Assembly: GCA_043821645.1 (NCBI GenBank)
Contig: JBDRCO010000065.1
Location: forward strand, 1 to 64,000
DNA from: Pseudomonadota bacterium
GTDB lineage: Bacteria; Myxococcota; JACRCW01; JAFGSX01
Length of the DNA: 64,000 bases
Direction: 5' to 3'
The translations under genes and the position numbers were made by a program. Below the pieces are notes generated by a model, which had not been told where the DNA came from, ran no database searches, and worked only from the letters and a program-made list of their open reading frames with translations. Shown piece after piece: positions 31,101 to 40,038 of this stretch. Within the stretch, counting starts at the first letter, position 1; every line of letters starts with the position of its first letter.

Positions 31101-31697
31101 TCAGCCGCCCGCGCGAGCGCTCCCCAGCACGAAGGGAAACAGCGGCAGCAGGTGCAAAGGCTTGCCCAGTTCGATCTCCGTGAAGCCGGCCCCCTCGAGC
31201 AGCTGCGGCGTGGCACGGTTGAGCTGGCAACCGGCAGCCAGGTGCGACCACAGCGGCGCAGCCAGGTCCTGCAGCCTGGCCTCCATCCCGGTCCCGCGCA
31301 CATGCTCGGCGAGGAGCAGCACGCCACCGGGCCGCAGCACGCGCCGGGCTTCCCGCAGGGCCAGCTCGGGATCGCGCACGCTGCACAGCACGAAGGTCAT
31401 GACCACGGTGTCGAAGCTGGCATCGGGATGGGGCAGGTTCTCCGCCCAGCCCTGCTCGAACCGCCGCTGGAAGGGCAGCCCCCGCCCTCGCTGCTCGGCC
31501 CGAGGCTGCGAGGCCAGGTCCGGGTCCAGCGTCACCAGCTCGTCCACCGCGCCGTAGTGCTTGAAGTTGAGCCCCGTACCACTCCCGACCTCGAGAACCC
31601 GCCCGCGTGCCTCGGGCACGACGCGCGCGCGCAGGCCATCGAGAGGCCACATGACGAGGTCAAACACAGCGGGCATGACGCGATCGCGGAAAAGCAT
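31101..31697 (-). CDS. Class I SAM-dependent methyltransferase
   Basis: VLEVGSGTG, AENLP.PDASFDTVV.TFVLCSV, RVLRPGG. Confidence 0.92.
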   Translation of the reverse strand: MLFRDRVMPAVFDLVMWPLDGLRARVVPEARGRVLEVGSGTGLNFKHYGAVDELVTLDPDLASQPRAEQRGRGLPFQRRFEQGWAENLPHPDASFDTVVMTFVLCSVRDPELALREARRVLRPGGVLLLAEHVRGTGMEARLQDLAAPLWSHLAAGCQLNRATPQLLEGAGFTEIELGKPLHLLPLFPFVLGSARAGG

Positions 31698-31803
31698 GGT
31701 GTCACCCTGGAACGTGCCCGGGACGGCTCACTTCCTGGCGCCATGTAGTGCGCGCTGCGCTGCATCGCTGGCCACCTGGAGGGTCTCGCCTGGCTGCGCG
31801 ATC

Positions 31804-32478
31804 TCATCCCGCAGCCAGGGGCGGGAACAGTGGCAGCAGCAGCGACAGGTCACCGACCTCGATGACAGCGTCGGCGGCCTCGCGCACCGCGTCGCGCTTG
31901 GGTCGCAGCGCCACACCCAGACCCGCGACCTGGAGCACCTGCAGATCGTTGACGTTGTCGCCGACAAAGGCACACTGCGCCGGCGTGAGACCTTCGCGGG
32001 CGGCCACCTCGGCAAGGCCGTCGGCCTTGCGCGCCAGGTCATAGGGCGTGTGCGCACCGCCGCTCAGAGCGCCACTGGCATCAAATTCGAAGTGGTTGAT
32101 CAGCACGTGCTCGAAGCGCAGGTCGCCAAAGAAGTGTTGCAGCACCAGATCGAGGCTGCCCGAGATGACCGCCAGCTTGTAGCCCCGCCGACGAAGCTCG
32201 CGCAGGGTCTCGTGGGCACCGGGCATCGCGCGCAGCTGCCCCACCACCTGGAGCATGGCCTGGCGCGTGGCCCCGCGCTGGCGCAGCATCGCGATGTCAT
32301 GCTCGAACCACTGCCGGTAGCTGATGCGGCCGTCGAAGAAGTCGCGCGCAGCCCGGGTGCGAGCGTCGCGGTCGCAGCCGAAGTGGGTATGCAGGGTCTC
32401 CCAGATGTACACGGTGTCGTCGACCAGGGTGCCGTCGACGTCGAAGGCGATGAGGCGGATATCAGCGCTGGCGGGCAC
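31804..32478 (-). CDS. HAD-superfamily phosphatase (SerB-like)
   Basis: FDVDGTL, ISGS, K, VGDNVND. Confidence 0.9.
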   Translation of the reverse strand: MPASADIRLIAFDVDGTLVDDTVYIWETLHTHFGCDRDARTRAARDFFDGRISYRQWFEHDIAMLRQRGATRQAMLQVVGQLRAMPGAHETLRELRRRGYKLAVISGSLDLVLQHFFGDLRFEHVLINHFEFDASGALSGGAHTPYDLARKADGLAEVAAREGLTPAQCAFVGDNVNDLQVLQVAGLGVALRPKRDAVREAADAVIEVGDLSLLLPLFPPLAAG

Positions 32479-32487
32479 CGGGGGTCG

Positions 32488-32946
32488 TCAGTCCTCGATC
32501 TCTGGCAGTTCTCCGAGGTGGAGCTGCAGGTTGGTCGTGGTGCGCCGCTGGCCCAGGGCCTCGAGGTGCTCACGGACCTCGGGATGCCTCTGCAGCAGGT
32601 CCTTCATGGGACCCAGCGGGAGCAGCAGACACTGCAGGTCGTTCTCGGCGATCACCGTGGCGGTTCGCTTGTCCGCACCACCGAGCAGGGCCACCTCGCC
32701 AAAGACATCGCCGGGGGTGAGCTGGCCCACCACCTTCTTGCTCCCCGCAAACAGGCTCTCGACCCGCGCGGTGCCGCTGACGACGACGTACAGACCGTCG
32801 GCATCGTCTCCCATCTGCACCACGGGCTGCTCGGCGAAGTAGCTGCGGGGCATCGCCAGCATGGCGATCTCGGAGATGCGGTCGGTCGCCAGGGCTCCGA
32901 AGAGCTTGGTACCGGCAATGGCGTCGCCCTTGGCCTTGTCTTGCAT
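32488..32946 (-). CDS. Stand-alone cyclic-nucleotide-binding domain protein
   Basis: GD.ADGLYVVVSG, GDVFGEVALL...RTATV.A. Confidence 0.88.
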   Translation of the reverse strand: MQDKAKGDAIAGTKLFGALATDRISEIAMLAMPRSYFAEQPVVQMGDDADGLYVVVSGTARVESLFAGSKKVVGQLTPGDVFGEVALLGGADKRTATVIAENDLQCLLLPLGPMKDLLQRHPEVREHLEALGQRRTTTNLQLHLGELPEIED

Positions 32947-33000
32947 CCAGTTCTCCTGCGACCAGTGGGAAGCGGTGTGGCACCGCTCCCCTGGTGCTCA

Positions 33001-33867
33001 TCAGCCGTGCACGAAAACGGCCTGCGCGCGCGGACCGTTCTCGATGAAATTCTTCATCCCGATCTTCATGTCCTCGGTCTCGATGCAGCGTCCGAAACCC
33101 CTGGCCTCGATCTGCAGCCCCTGCGCCAGCGTGCACCCCCAGCCCTCCCGCATCACCTGGACCAGGATGGCATCGATGGCGCGGGAATGGTAACCGATGT
33201 TCAGTTCTGGCAAGCTGGCCGGCACCTCGAGGGGGGCCGCATCCACCGCATGCAGCACCACCTCACCCGACAGGTGACGACGGATCAAGCGCCTGGCCCC
33301 GGCCACCACATCGTCGACAGGTTCGCCCTGGGCCCAGCCCCAGGCGCAGGCCTCGGCAGCCTTGACGGGACGTCCGCTGCGCAGCAGGTCGTTGGCGTGC
33401 TCGACCCCTATCCATCGAGGCAGGCGCTGGGTACCACCGTAGCCGGGGATGATGCCCAGGTTCACCTCGGGCTGACCCAGCAGCAGCTTGGGGCCCACCA
33501 CCCGGGCATGGCAGGCCATGGAGATCTCGCAACCACCGCCCAGCACCGGACCGTTGACCGCGGCCACCACGGGCTTGGCGCTGTGCTCGAGCACCTCGAG
33601 GACCTGGTAGCCGCGCTGGCACATCTCCTCGCCGGCCTGCGCCGTGTCGACCGTGGCCAGCTCCTTAATATCTGCTCCGGCCAGGGCGCCACCCTCCGAG
33701 GTGAGGATCAAACCCTGCACCGAGGCGTCGGCCAGGGCCTGGCGGGCCGCCTGCGCGATCTCGGCCATGGTGCCCCAGCTCAGGGCATTGAGCACCTGGG
33801 GACGACGCACGGTGAGCAGGGCCACGCCGTCGTCGACATCCAGGCTGATGTTATGCCAAGCGCTCAT
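33001..33867 (-). CDS. Enoyl-CoA hydratase/isomerase family protein
   Basis: RP..LNAL, AGADI, KPVVAAVNG..LGGG.E, GQPEVNLGIIPG.GGTQRLPR. Confidence 0.93.
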   Translation of the reverse strand: MSAWHNISLDVDDGVALLTVRRPQVLNALSWGTMAEIAQAARQALADASVQGLILTSEGGALAGADIKELATVDTAQAGEEMCQRGYQVLEVLEHSAKPVVAAVNGPVLGGGCEISMACHARVVGPKLLLGQPEVNLGIIPGYGGTQRLPRWIGVEHANDLLRSGRPVKAAEACAWGWAQGEPVDDVVAGARRLIRRHLSGEVVLHAVDAAPLEVPASLPELNIGYHSRAIDAILVQVMREGWGCTLAQGLQIEARGFGRCIETEDMKIGMKNFIENGPRAQAVFVHG

Positions 33868-33951
33868 CGTCCCTCCACTCGAGTCCCGGTCCCGTCGTCA
33901 CGCTTCGGGGCGATGCTAGCCAAGATGGCGCGGTCGAACAAGGCGGGCGGC

Positions 33952-34767
33952 TCAGGGGATCTGGTGACCACCGCTGGTGTTGATCTCCTGCCCGGTCACC
34001 CAGTCGGACAGCGGGCTGGCGAAGAACAGCACCACCTTGGCCACGTCGAGGGGCGAGGCGGGCCGGCCAAAGGGGAGCCGCTCGAGGAACTGATCGCGCA
34101 GGGCCGCGGGGATGCCAAAGGTGCCGTCCCCTTCTTCCTTGGGCCGGGTCAGGCGCGTATCGGTGAAGCCCGGGGCCACGGCGTTGACGTTGATGTGAAA
34201 GGGCGCCCACTCCCGGGCCAGGGTCCGGGTGAGGCCGACGTTGCCCATCTTGGCGGCCACGTAGTTGATCTGGCCGATGTTGCCGTTGATCGCCGCGGTC
34301 GAGTAAAAATTGACGATCTTGCGGTGATACTTGACCTCGCCGGTCTGCTTGAGTTCGGCCATGGCCACGTCGCGCATGAAGGGCACGGTGGCGCGGCAGC
34401 AAAAGAAGGTTCCACCCAGATTGACGTCGAGGACTTGACGCCACTGGGCGTCGGTCATCTTGTGCGCCATGCTGTCGGAGGTGAAGCCGGCGTTGTTGAT
34501 CAGCACATCGAGCGCCCCGAAGGTGTCGGCGGCCTTCTTCATCAAGGCCTCGGCGTAGGTCGCATCCGCCACGCTGCCAGCGCTCGCCACGGCACAGGCC
34601 TTGCCCCCGATGGTCTCGCAGGAACGCACGGTTTGCGTGGCCACGTCCTCGTCGAGGTCGTTGACCACGACACGGGCACCCTCTGCCACGAACAGCTCGG
34701 CCACGGCACGACCGATGCCCCGTCCTGCCCCGGTGATGACGGCGACCCTGTCCTTGAGCAACGACAT
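33952..34767 (-). CDS. SDR family oxidoreductase (3-oxoacyl-ACP/CoA reductase-like)
   Basis: TGAGRGIG, NNAG, Y.AAK, VNAVAPG. Confidence 0.93.
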   Translation of the reverse strand: MSLLKDRVAVITGAGRGIGRAVAELFVAEGARVVVNDLDEDVATQTVRSCETIGGKACAVASAGSVADATYAEALMKKAADTFGALDVLINNAGFTSDSMAHKMTDAQWRQVLDVNLGGTFFCCRATVPFMRDVAMAELKQTGEVKYHRKIVNFYSTAAINGNIGQINYVAAKMGNVGLTRTLAREWAPFHINVNAVAPGFTDTRLTRPKEEGDGTFGIPAALRDQFLERLPFGRPASPLDVAKVVLFFASPLSDWVTGQEINTSGGHQIP

Positions 34768-34839
34768 CGCGTTTTTCCTCGTCAGAAGGTGTCCAAGAAG
34801 CGAGAACGGTCCCTGCCTAGCCGACTTGTTCGGTCGCTG

Positions 34840-35961
34840 TCAACGTCCCGCCAGCCAGGCCAGGATCTCGTCGCTGTGCTGGCCCAGGGCCGGTGGTCCG
34901 AGGCGGCTTCGCGTGTCGGCTCCGACGACGACGGGGGTCAGGGGCAGCTGCACGCGCTGCCCGGAAACCTCGACTTCGGCCACCAGGTCGCGCCGGGACA
35001 GCGCCGGGTCCTCGAGGTGCGCCCGCCGGGGATCGCGAACCGGCTCCACGCAGCAATCCAGCGGCTCCAGCAGCTGCATCCACCGCTCCGTGGTGCGCGT
35101 CCTGAACAGTGCCTCGAGCTCGCGCTTCACCGCCGCGCCCTGCTCACCGGTGGCGACGCCCATGGGCCGCAGATCCGGGCGCTGCAGTGCCTCACACAGC
35201 GGCTCCCAGAACTTGGGCTCGAGGGCGGCCACGGCCAGGGCGCCGTCCGCGGTGGGGTAGCAGTTGTAGGCCGGAATGCCACCCTGCAGATAACCCGCTC
35301 CGGGTTGCAGGGGCTCGCCGCAGGCCAGGTGCTGTGCCAGCGGCCACACCAGCATGGCCCAGGCGCCATCGACGAGGGCCGCATCGATCACGGCGCCGTG
35401 GCCTTCGCGGTCGCGCTGGCGCAGGGCAGCCAGGATCTGGATGGCCGGCAGCAGTGCTCCACCGACCATGTCCGCCACCTGCACCGGCAGCACCTCGGGC
35501 TGCGCGGCCATGCCCAGCACCCCCGCGCGCGCGGTGTAGTTCAGATCGTGACCAGCGCGCAGGGCATCGGGTCCCTGCTGACCGTAGCCGGAGATGCGAC
35601 ACAGGATCAGGCGCGGATTGCGCGCCTGCAGGACCTCGGGTCCCAGCTTCAGCCGCTCGAGCACGCCGGGGCGAAAGGACTCCACCACGACGTCGACCCG
35701 CTCGCACAGATCCAGAAACTGGTCCCTGCCCTGCGCATCCTTGAGGTCCAGGGCCAGCGAGCGCTTGCCTCGGTTGAGGGCTGCGAACACCGCGCTGACC
35801 TCGCCGCAGAGGGGAGGCAGGTGGCGCAGGTAGTCGCCTCCCTCGGGGGCCTCGAGCTTGATGACGTCGGCGCCGAGGTCGCACAGCAGCTGCGTCAGGT
35901 AGGGGCCGGGAAGCAGGCGAGACAGGTCCAGGACCCGCACACCGTCGAGGGGGGCCGTCAT
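34840..35961 (-). CDS. CaiB/BaiF family CoA transferase / alpha-methylacyl-CoA racemase-like
   Basis: VLDLSRLLPGP, LNRGKRS..LDLK, ESFRPGV, GHDLNY, PALGQH. Confidence 0.93.
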   Translation of the reverse strand: MTAPLDGVRVLDLSRLLPGPYLTQLLCDLGADVIKLEAPEGGDYLRHLPPLCGEVSAVFAALNRGKRSLALDLKDAQGRDQFLDLCERVDVVVESFRPGVLERLKLGPEVLQARNPRLILCRISGYGQQGPDALRAGHDLNYTARAGVLGMAAQPEVLPVQVADMVGGALLPAIQILAALRQRDREGHGAVIDAALVDGAWAMLVWPLAQHLACGEPLQPGAGYLQGGIPAYNCYPTADGALAVAALEPKFWEPLCEALQRPDLRPMGVATGEQGAAVKRELEALFRTRTTERWMQLLEPLDCCVEPVRDPRRAHLEDPALSRRDLVAEVEVSGQRVQLPLTPVVVGADTRSRLGPPALGQHSDEILAWLAGR

Positions 35962-36032
35962 GCGTCACCTCGACCCGTGCCGGGAGAGGGAGACCCGGAG
36001 GTCCTCGATGGCCAAAATAAAGAGGCGAGGGC

Positions 36033-36350
36033 TCAGCTGATCAGGCTCTGCAGCTTGAGGGCCAGCGACATGTCACCGGCGACCTTGAGCTTGCCGCTCA
36101 TGAAGGCCATCTGCGGGTTGACCGAGCCCTCGAAGATGCCGACCCAGTCCGCGTCCGCGATGGTGATCTTGCACTTGGCGTCGTCGAGAGCGCCCTCGCC
36201 GACCCAGTCCGCGTCCTTGGTCAGGTCCACGTGCCAGGTGCCACCGTTGTCACCGGTGACGGTGAACTGGAAGGTGCCGCCGATCTTCTCGGCCTTCTCC
36301 TTGTTGAGGTTGCCAGGCAGCCGGGTCTCGAAGATCTCGCGCGGTGTCAT
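36033..36350 (-). CDS. SCP2 sterol/lipid-binding domain protein
   Basis: FQF..TG..GG.W, NPQMAFMSGKLKVAGDMSLA.KL. Confidence 0.92.
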   Translation of the reverse strand: MTPREIFETRLPGNLNKEKAEKIGGTFQFTVTGDNGGTWHVDLTKDADWVGEGALDDAKCKITIADADWVGIFEGSVNPQMAFMSGKLKVAGDMSLALKLQSLIS

Positions 36351-36500
36351 CGGGGCTCCTGAGCCTGCTCGCGCCGGGCGCGGCGGCCTGCCAAGGGTGA
36401 AATGCCGTCGACAATAAAGATCCTGACGCGCCGAGTCAACCACGATGGAGGCATGGGGTGGGCATCGCAGGTCGGTGCTCGGGTGCGCGCAGTGGTCCGC

Positions 36501-37868
36501 TCAGGGGGTCGTGCCACCGGTGGAGGTGCCGTAGAACACGGCCTCGCTCAGACAGCTGCGGTTCTGCTTGCCGCGCACCTTGACCGCCGAGAACTCGACC
36601 CGCACCCACGTGGCCTTGAGGGGCTTGGTGAAGAACACCAGCGTCTGCGCACCGGGCCGTCCGTCGCCGAGGGGAACGTCCTTGAACCCGGCGATCGGTC
36701 CACCGCTGAAGGCCGGATCGCCGCGATCGAACCACAGCTTGTCCCCCGACGAGAACAGCAGGGTGACACCCGTGATGCGGTTGCTGTCGACATAGGTCTT
36801 GTTCGAGCTGACATCCCCGAAGACCAGGCGTGCCATGCGCAACGACTGCTCCTGGCCGTAGTCCGCCTCCCACCACTGCCCCTGGCCGTCACCGTCCGCA
36901 CCCTCGCACCAGCAGGTGCCCAGATCGCCGTCGGCAGCCCAGCTCGCATGGGGCGCCGGATCCCGCTGCATGGCGAGCTGCTCGTCGCCGGCACTGTCCG
37001 GCGAGCCTTCCTCGGCCGGCTTCGATGCCGCCTTCCCGGTGTCCCCAGCCTTGGCTCCGAGATCCGCGAACACGTCCTTGACTCCGCGCTCCACGGCCTG
37101 GCGGCCATACTTGGACTCGAGATGCGCGGGCAGGAGCTGACTCGATCCTCCGGTCTTGGAAGGCTTGAGCTCGTCGACGTAGGGGTGAAACTGCTCCTTG
37201 CCCGCAACGTACTCCCCGGCGCGGCCGAGCTGTGGCTGAAAGCGGAACAGGGTCTCCTGAGCCCCCGCGATCACGCGCAGCGCGGATTTATCTGGACGCT
37301 GGGCCATGAACACCTTGACGTCCCGGCGCACCGCCAGCTCCAGGTTGCCATCGCCATCGCTGTCGACGAAGCGGTAGCCCGCCGCGGTGTCACCAAAAGC
37401 CAGCAGTTCCTCGCCTGGCCGGGCTGGCCGGATGTCGTCGACGGAGAACAGACTGTCGTAGATGGGTACCAGCGCGCCCTTGAGCCATCGGCTGATCACC
37501 AGCCGCCGCGTCGTCTCGTCGGGATTGACCTCCCGTACCTCGAAGATCACCTCGGGATTAGCGTCTGCTACCAGCTGCCGCGCTTGCAGTCGTAACACCA
37601 CCTCCCCGTCGTAGACCGGGCTCGAGAAGAGCTGCACCAGGGGTTTGCCCTCGAGCTGGCGCCACACGGTCAGCGCGACGCCGTGCTCCACCAGAACAGC
37701 CGCCAGGATCTCCGGGCGTCGGTCGAGATCGAGGTCGATCGTGAGGGTGCGCAGAACCTCCTGGCCTCGTTCGGCGGCGGCCTGCTCCAGACTCTGTGCC
37801 CCGACCAGCCCGGGCAAGAGCGCGCCCAGGACGACAAGTGTGGCTCGCATGATGGCCTCGATCTTCAC
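36501..37868 (-). CDS. Secreted protein with C-terminal discoidin/NADase-type glycan-binding-like domain
   Basis: Signal peptide; D.DGDG..E motifs; AADGD..T.W.EG..GDG.GQW...NR...LSE..FY. Confidence 0.65.
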   Translation of the reverse strand: MKIEAIMRATLVVLGALLPGLVGAQSLEQAAAERGQEVLRTLTIDLDLDRRPEILAAVLVEHGVALTVWRQLEGKPLVQLFSSPVYDGEVVLRLQARQLVADANPEVIFEVREVNPDETTRRLVISRWLKGALVPIYDSLFSVDDIRPARPGEELLAFGDTAAGYRFVDSDGDGNLELAVRRDVKVFMAQRPDKSALRVIAGAQETLFRFQPQLGRAGEYVAGKEQFHPYVDELKPSKTGGSSQLLPAHLESKYGRQAVERGVKDVFADLGAKAGDTGKAASKPAEEGSPDSAGDEQLAMQRDPAPHASWAADGDLGTCWCEGADGDGQGQWWEADYGQEQSLRMARLVFGDVSSNKTYVDSNRITGVTLLFSSGDKLWFDRGDPAFSGGPIAGFKDVPLGDGRPGAQTLVFFTKPLKATWVRVEFSAVKVRGKQNRSCLSEAVFYGTSTGGTTP

Positions 37869-39754
37869 ATCTCCCCCACGTCATCGGCACCGTGCAGGGC
37901 ATCCAGGGTCACGCGATACTTCGCGCGCACGTGATGCCGCCGGAGCCGCATGGTCGCCGTGAGCTCATCGCCGATGGCAAAGGGATTCTCGACAATGGCA
38001 AAGCGACGCACACCCTGCCCCGCCTTATAGCGCCGGTTGCGGTCATCGATCACGCCCTGAATCAGTCTTCGAACCTCGGGTGCCCGGGACAGGTCTGCCA
38101 GCGTCCGGTATGGCAGGTGCAGACCCCGCGCCCAGGTCTGGATCGCTTCAGGGTCCAGCGAGACCAGGGCCACCAGCTCGCCGGAGCCATTGCCGTCGAT
38201 GAGGGCGTGGCCCACGAAGGCGTTGGTGCGCAGCGCCATCTCGATGCGCATCGGATCCAGGATGCGACCGTCGGCGAAGCTGATGACGTCCTCGACGCGG
38301 CCTTGCACGCGCAAAAAGCCATCCACGTCGAGCTCCCCGAGGTCCCCGGTGCGCAGGAAACCATCCTCGGTGAATTCCAGGGCATCCTCCGGTTGCGCCC
38401 AGTAGCCCTTCATGAGGCCTCGACCCCGCAGCAGGATCTCGCCTTCGTCTCCGATGCGGATCTCGGTTCCGGGCAGGGTCGGACCGACGCTCCCTATCTT
38501 GCCGCGTCCAGCCGTGTTGAGACAGCTGATCCCCGTGGCCTCGGTCAGCCCGTAGCTCAGGTCGATGTCGATGCCGGCGAAGCTAAAGAAGTAGTTGACG
38601 CGGTCGGCCAGAGGACCGCCTCCACAGATGAAGCGCCGCGCGCGCCCTCCAAACAACGTGCGCAGGCGCTCCTCGATGCGCTCGAACACGGCATGCTGGG
38701 CGAGCTTCCAGCGCAAGTCCTGCGGCTCCGCGCCCTCGCGCTGGCGAAGCATGTGCTCGCGCGCTTGCTTCATGGCCCAGGCGAAGAGCCGGCTGCGGGG
38801 ACCGCGCACGTCGTGGCCACTGCGCACGATGGTGCCGTAAAGCAACTCGAAGACCCGGGGTGGTGCGGCCATCAGCGTGGGCTGCACGACCTCGATGTAC
38901 TCGAACAGCTCGCGGGTCGAATCCGCCAGCGAGATCGTGCCTCCACTGCGCAGCCACAGCCCACAGAAGACCCGAGCAAAGGCGTGTGCCATGGGCATGC
39001 ACAGGAGCATGACGTCGCCACTATCGATGAACTCGAGCCGGGCCAGGGCCTCGACCTCGTACACCAGCGCGTCGTGACTGATGGCCACGATCTTCATCTC
39101 CTCGCGAGTGCCCGAGGTGAACAGCATGGTGCTGGTGTCGGCGGGTTCCAGCGATTCGAGGCGGCGCTGCAGCAGCGGTGCGCGCGCGCCCTGTGCCACC
39201 AGTCCGCGCCGGCGGAGTTCCAGCAGATCCAGGACCTCGGCGCTGCTGGCCCCGACCTGTGGGTCCTGCTCGAACACCACGACGTGGCGCAGGGTGGGCA
39301 GCCGCCGTGCCTCGAGCAAGCGCCGGGCATATTCCGCGCTGTCCACGAAGACCACGGCGCAGCCCGTCCGCTCGACCAGGTCGGCACACTGCTCGGCGGG
39401 GAGGCGGTGCAGGATGGCCGCGGAGATGGCTCCACAAGCGCTTGTCGCCAGATCCACCGCCACCCATTCGACGCGCGAACGCGCGATGATGGCCACGCGA
39501 TCGCCCTTGTTGACGTCGAGAGTGAGCAGACCCAGAGCGATCTCGTGGACCTCGCGGCCGAGCTCCTCCCAGGTGAGATTCCGCCAGCGTCCGCGTTCCT
39601 GCAGCAGGGCGGCCACGGCCATGGGCCGCTGCTCGACCTGATGCTGGAGCAAGCTGTAAAGGGTCTTCGCTGCCACGCGCCCTCTTGCCCGTGCGGCCCC
39701 TCCCCCTCGCCGCGCGTTCCGTCCCCTCTGCCACGCCCGGGCGAGGGGCATCAT
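37865..39754 (-). CDS. Long-chain fatty-acyl-CoA ligase-like adenylate-forming protein with degenerate motifs
   Basis: GDRVAI, FTSGT, YGLTE, GEILLRG..LM.GYW, RTGDLG; start uncertain. Confidence 0.85.
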   Translation of the reverse strand: MMPLARAWQRGRNARRGGGAARARGRVAAKTLYSLLQHQVEQRPMAVAALLQERGRWRNLTWEELGREVHEIALGLLTLDVNKGDRVAIIARSRVEWVAVDLATSACGAISAAILHRLPAEQCADLVERTGCAVVFVDSAEYARRLLEARRLPTLRHVVVFEQDPQVGASSAEVLDLLELRRRGLVAQGARAPLLQRRLESLEPADTSTMLFTSGTREEMKIVAISHDALVYEVEALARLEFIDSGDVMLLCMPMAHAFARVFCGLWLRSGGTISLADSTRELFEYIEVVQPTLMAAPPRVFELLYGTIVRSGHDVRGPRSRLFAWAMKQAREHMLRQREGAEPQDLRWKLAQHAVFERIEERLRTLFGGRARRFICGGGPLADRVNYFFSFAGIDIDLSYGLTEATGISCLNTAGRGKIGSVGPTLPGTEIRIGDEGEILLRGRGLMKGYWAQPEDALEFTEDGFLRTGDLGELDVDGFLRVQGRVEDVISFADGRILDPMRIEMALRTNAFVGHALIDGNGSGELVALVSLDPEAIQTWARGLHLPYRTLADLSRAPEVRRLIQGVIDDRNRRYKAGQGVRRFAIVENPFAIGDELTATMRLRRHHVRAKYRVTLDALHGADDVGEM

Positions 39755-39816
39755 ACGCGCTTTCGCTTGAAAGTCCTGCCTTGCCTGCCCGCAAACGCAA
39801 GCGCAGCCTGGCGACG

Positions 39817-39846
39817 TTGACAGCCTCGACGAGCACCGCCTATCGT
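39817..39846 (+). promoter_or_regulatory. sigma70-type promoter of the kinase operon
   Basis: TTGACA (39817-22), 18 bp, TATCGT (39841-46). Confidence 0.55.
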
Positions 39847-39853
39847 CGAAGTG

Positions 39854-39869
39854 CTGACAGCAATGTCAG
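39854..39869. promoter_or_regulatory. Palindromic operator CTGACA-GCAA-TGTCAG
   Basis: Perfect 6-bp inverted repeat just downstream of the -10 box; related site at 44878. Confidence 0.55.
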
Positions 39870-40038
39870 GGGCAGTCCCTGGAGCAGCAGGCTGTCGGGG
39901 CAGGCCAGCCCGCAAGGTCAGGGGTACAAATGGAATGCACCTCGAAGCCGGCTCAGCCGTTGGATCAGATCGGTGGCTGACGCCGACGGCAGACAAGCCG
40001 GGACGCGGGTCCGGCAGCGGACACAGGACGGGAGCGTG

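Noticed and set aside
31561-36417. 1618-aa plus-strand ORF and other long antisense ORFs (e.g. 8033-10288, 10784-13150, 26982-29288, 49140-51113)
   Set aside because: Shadow frames opposite well-supported genes, expected from high GC3; no recognisable motifs
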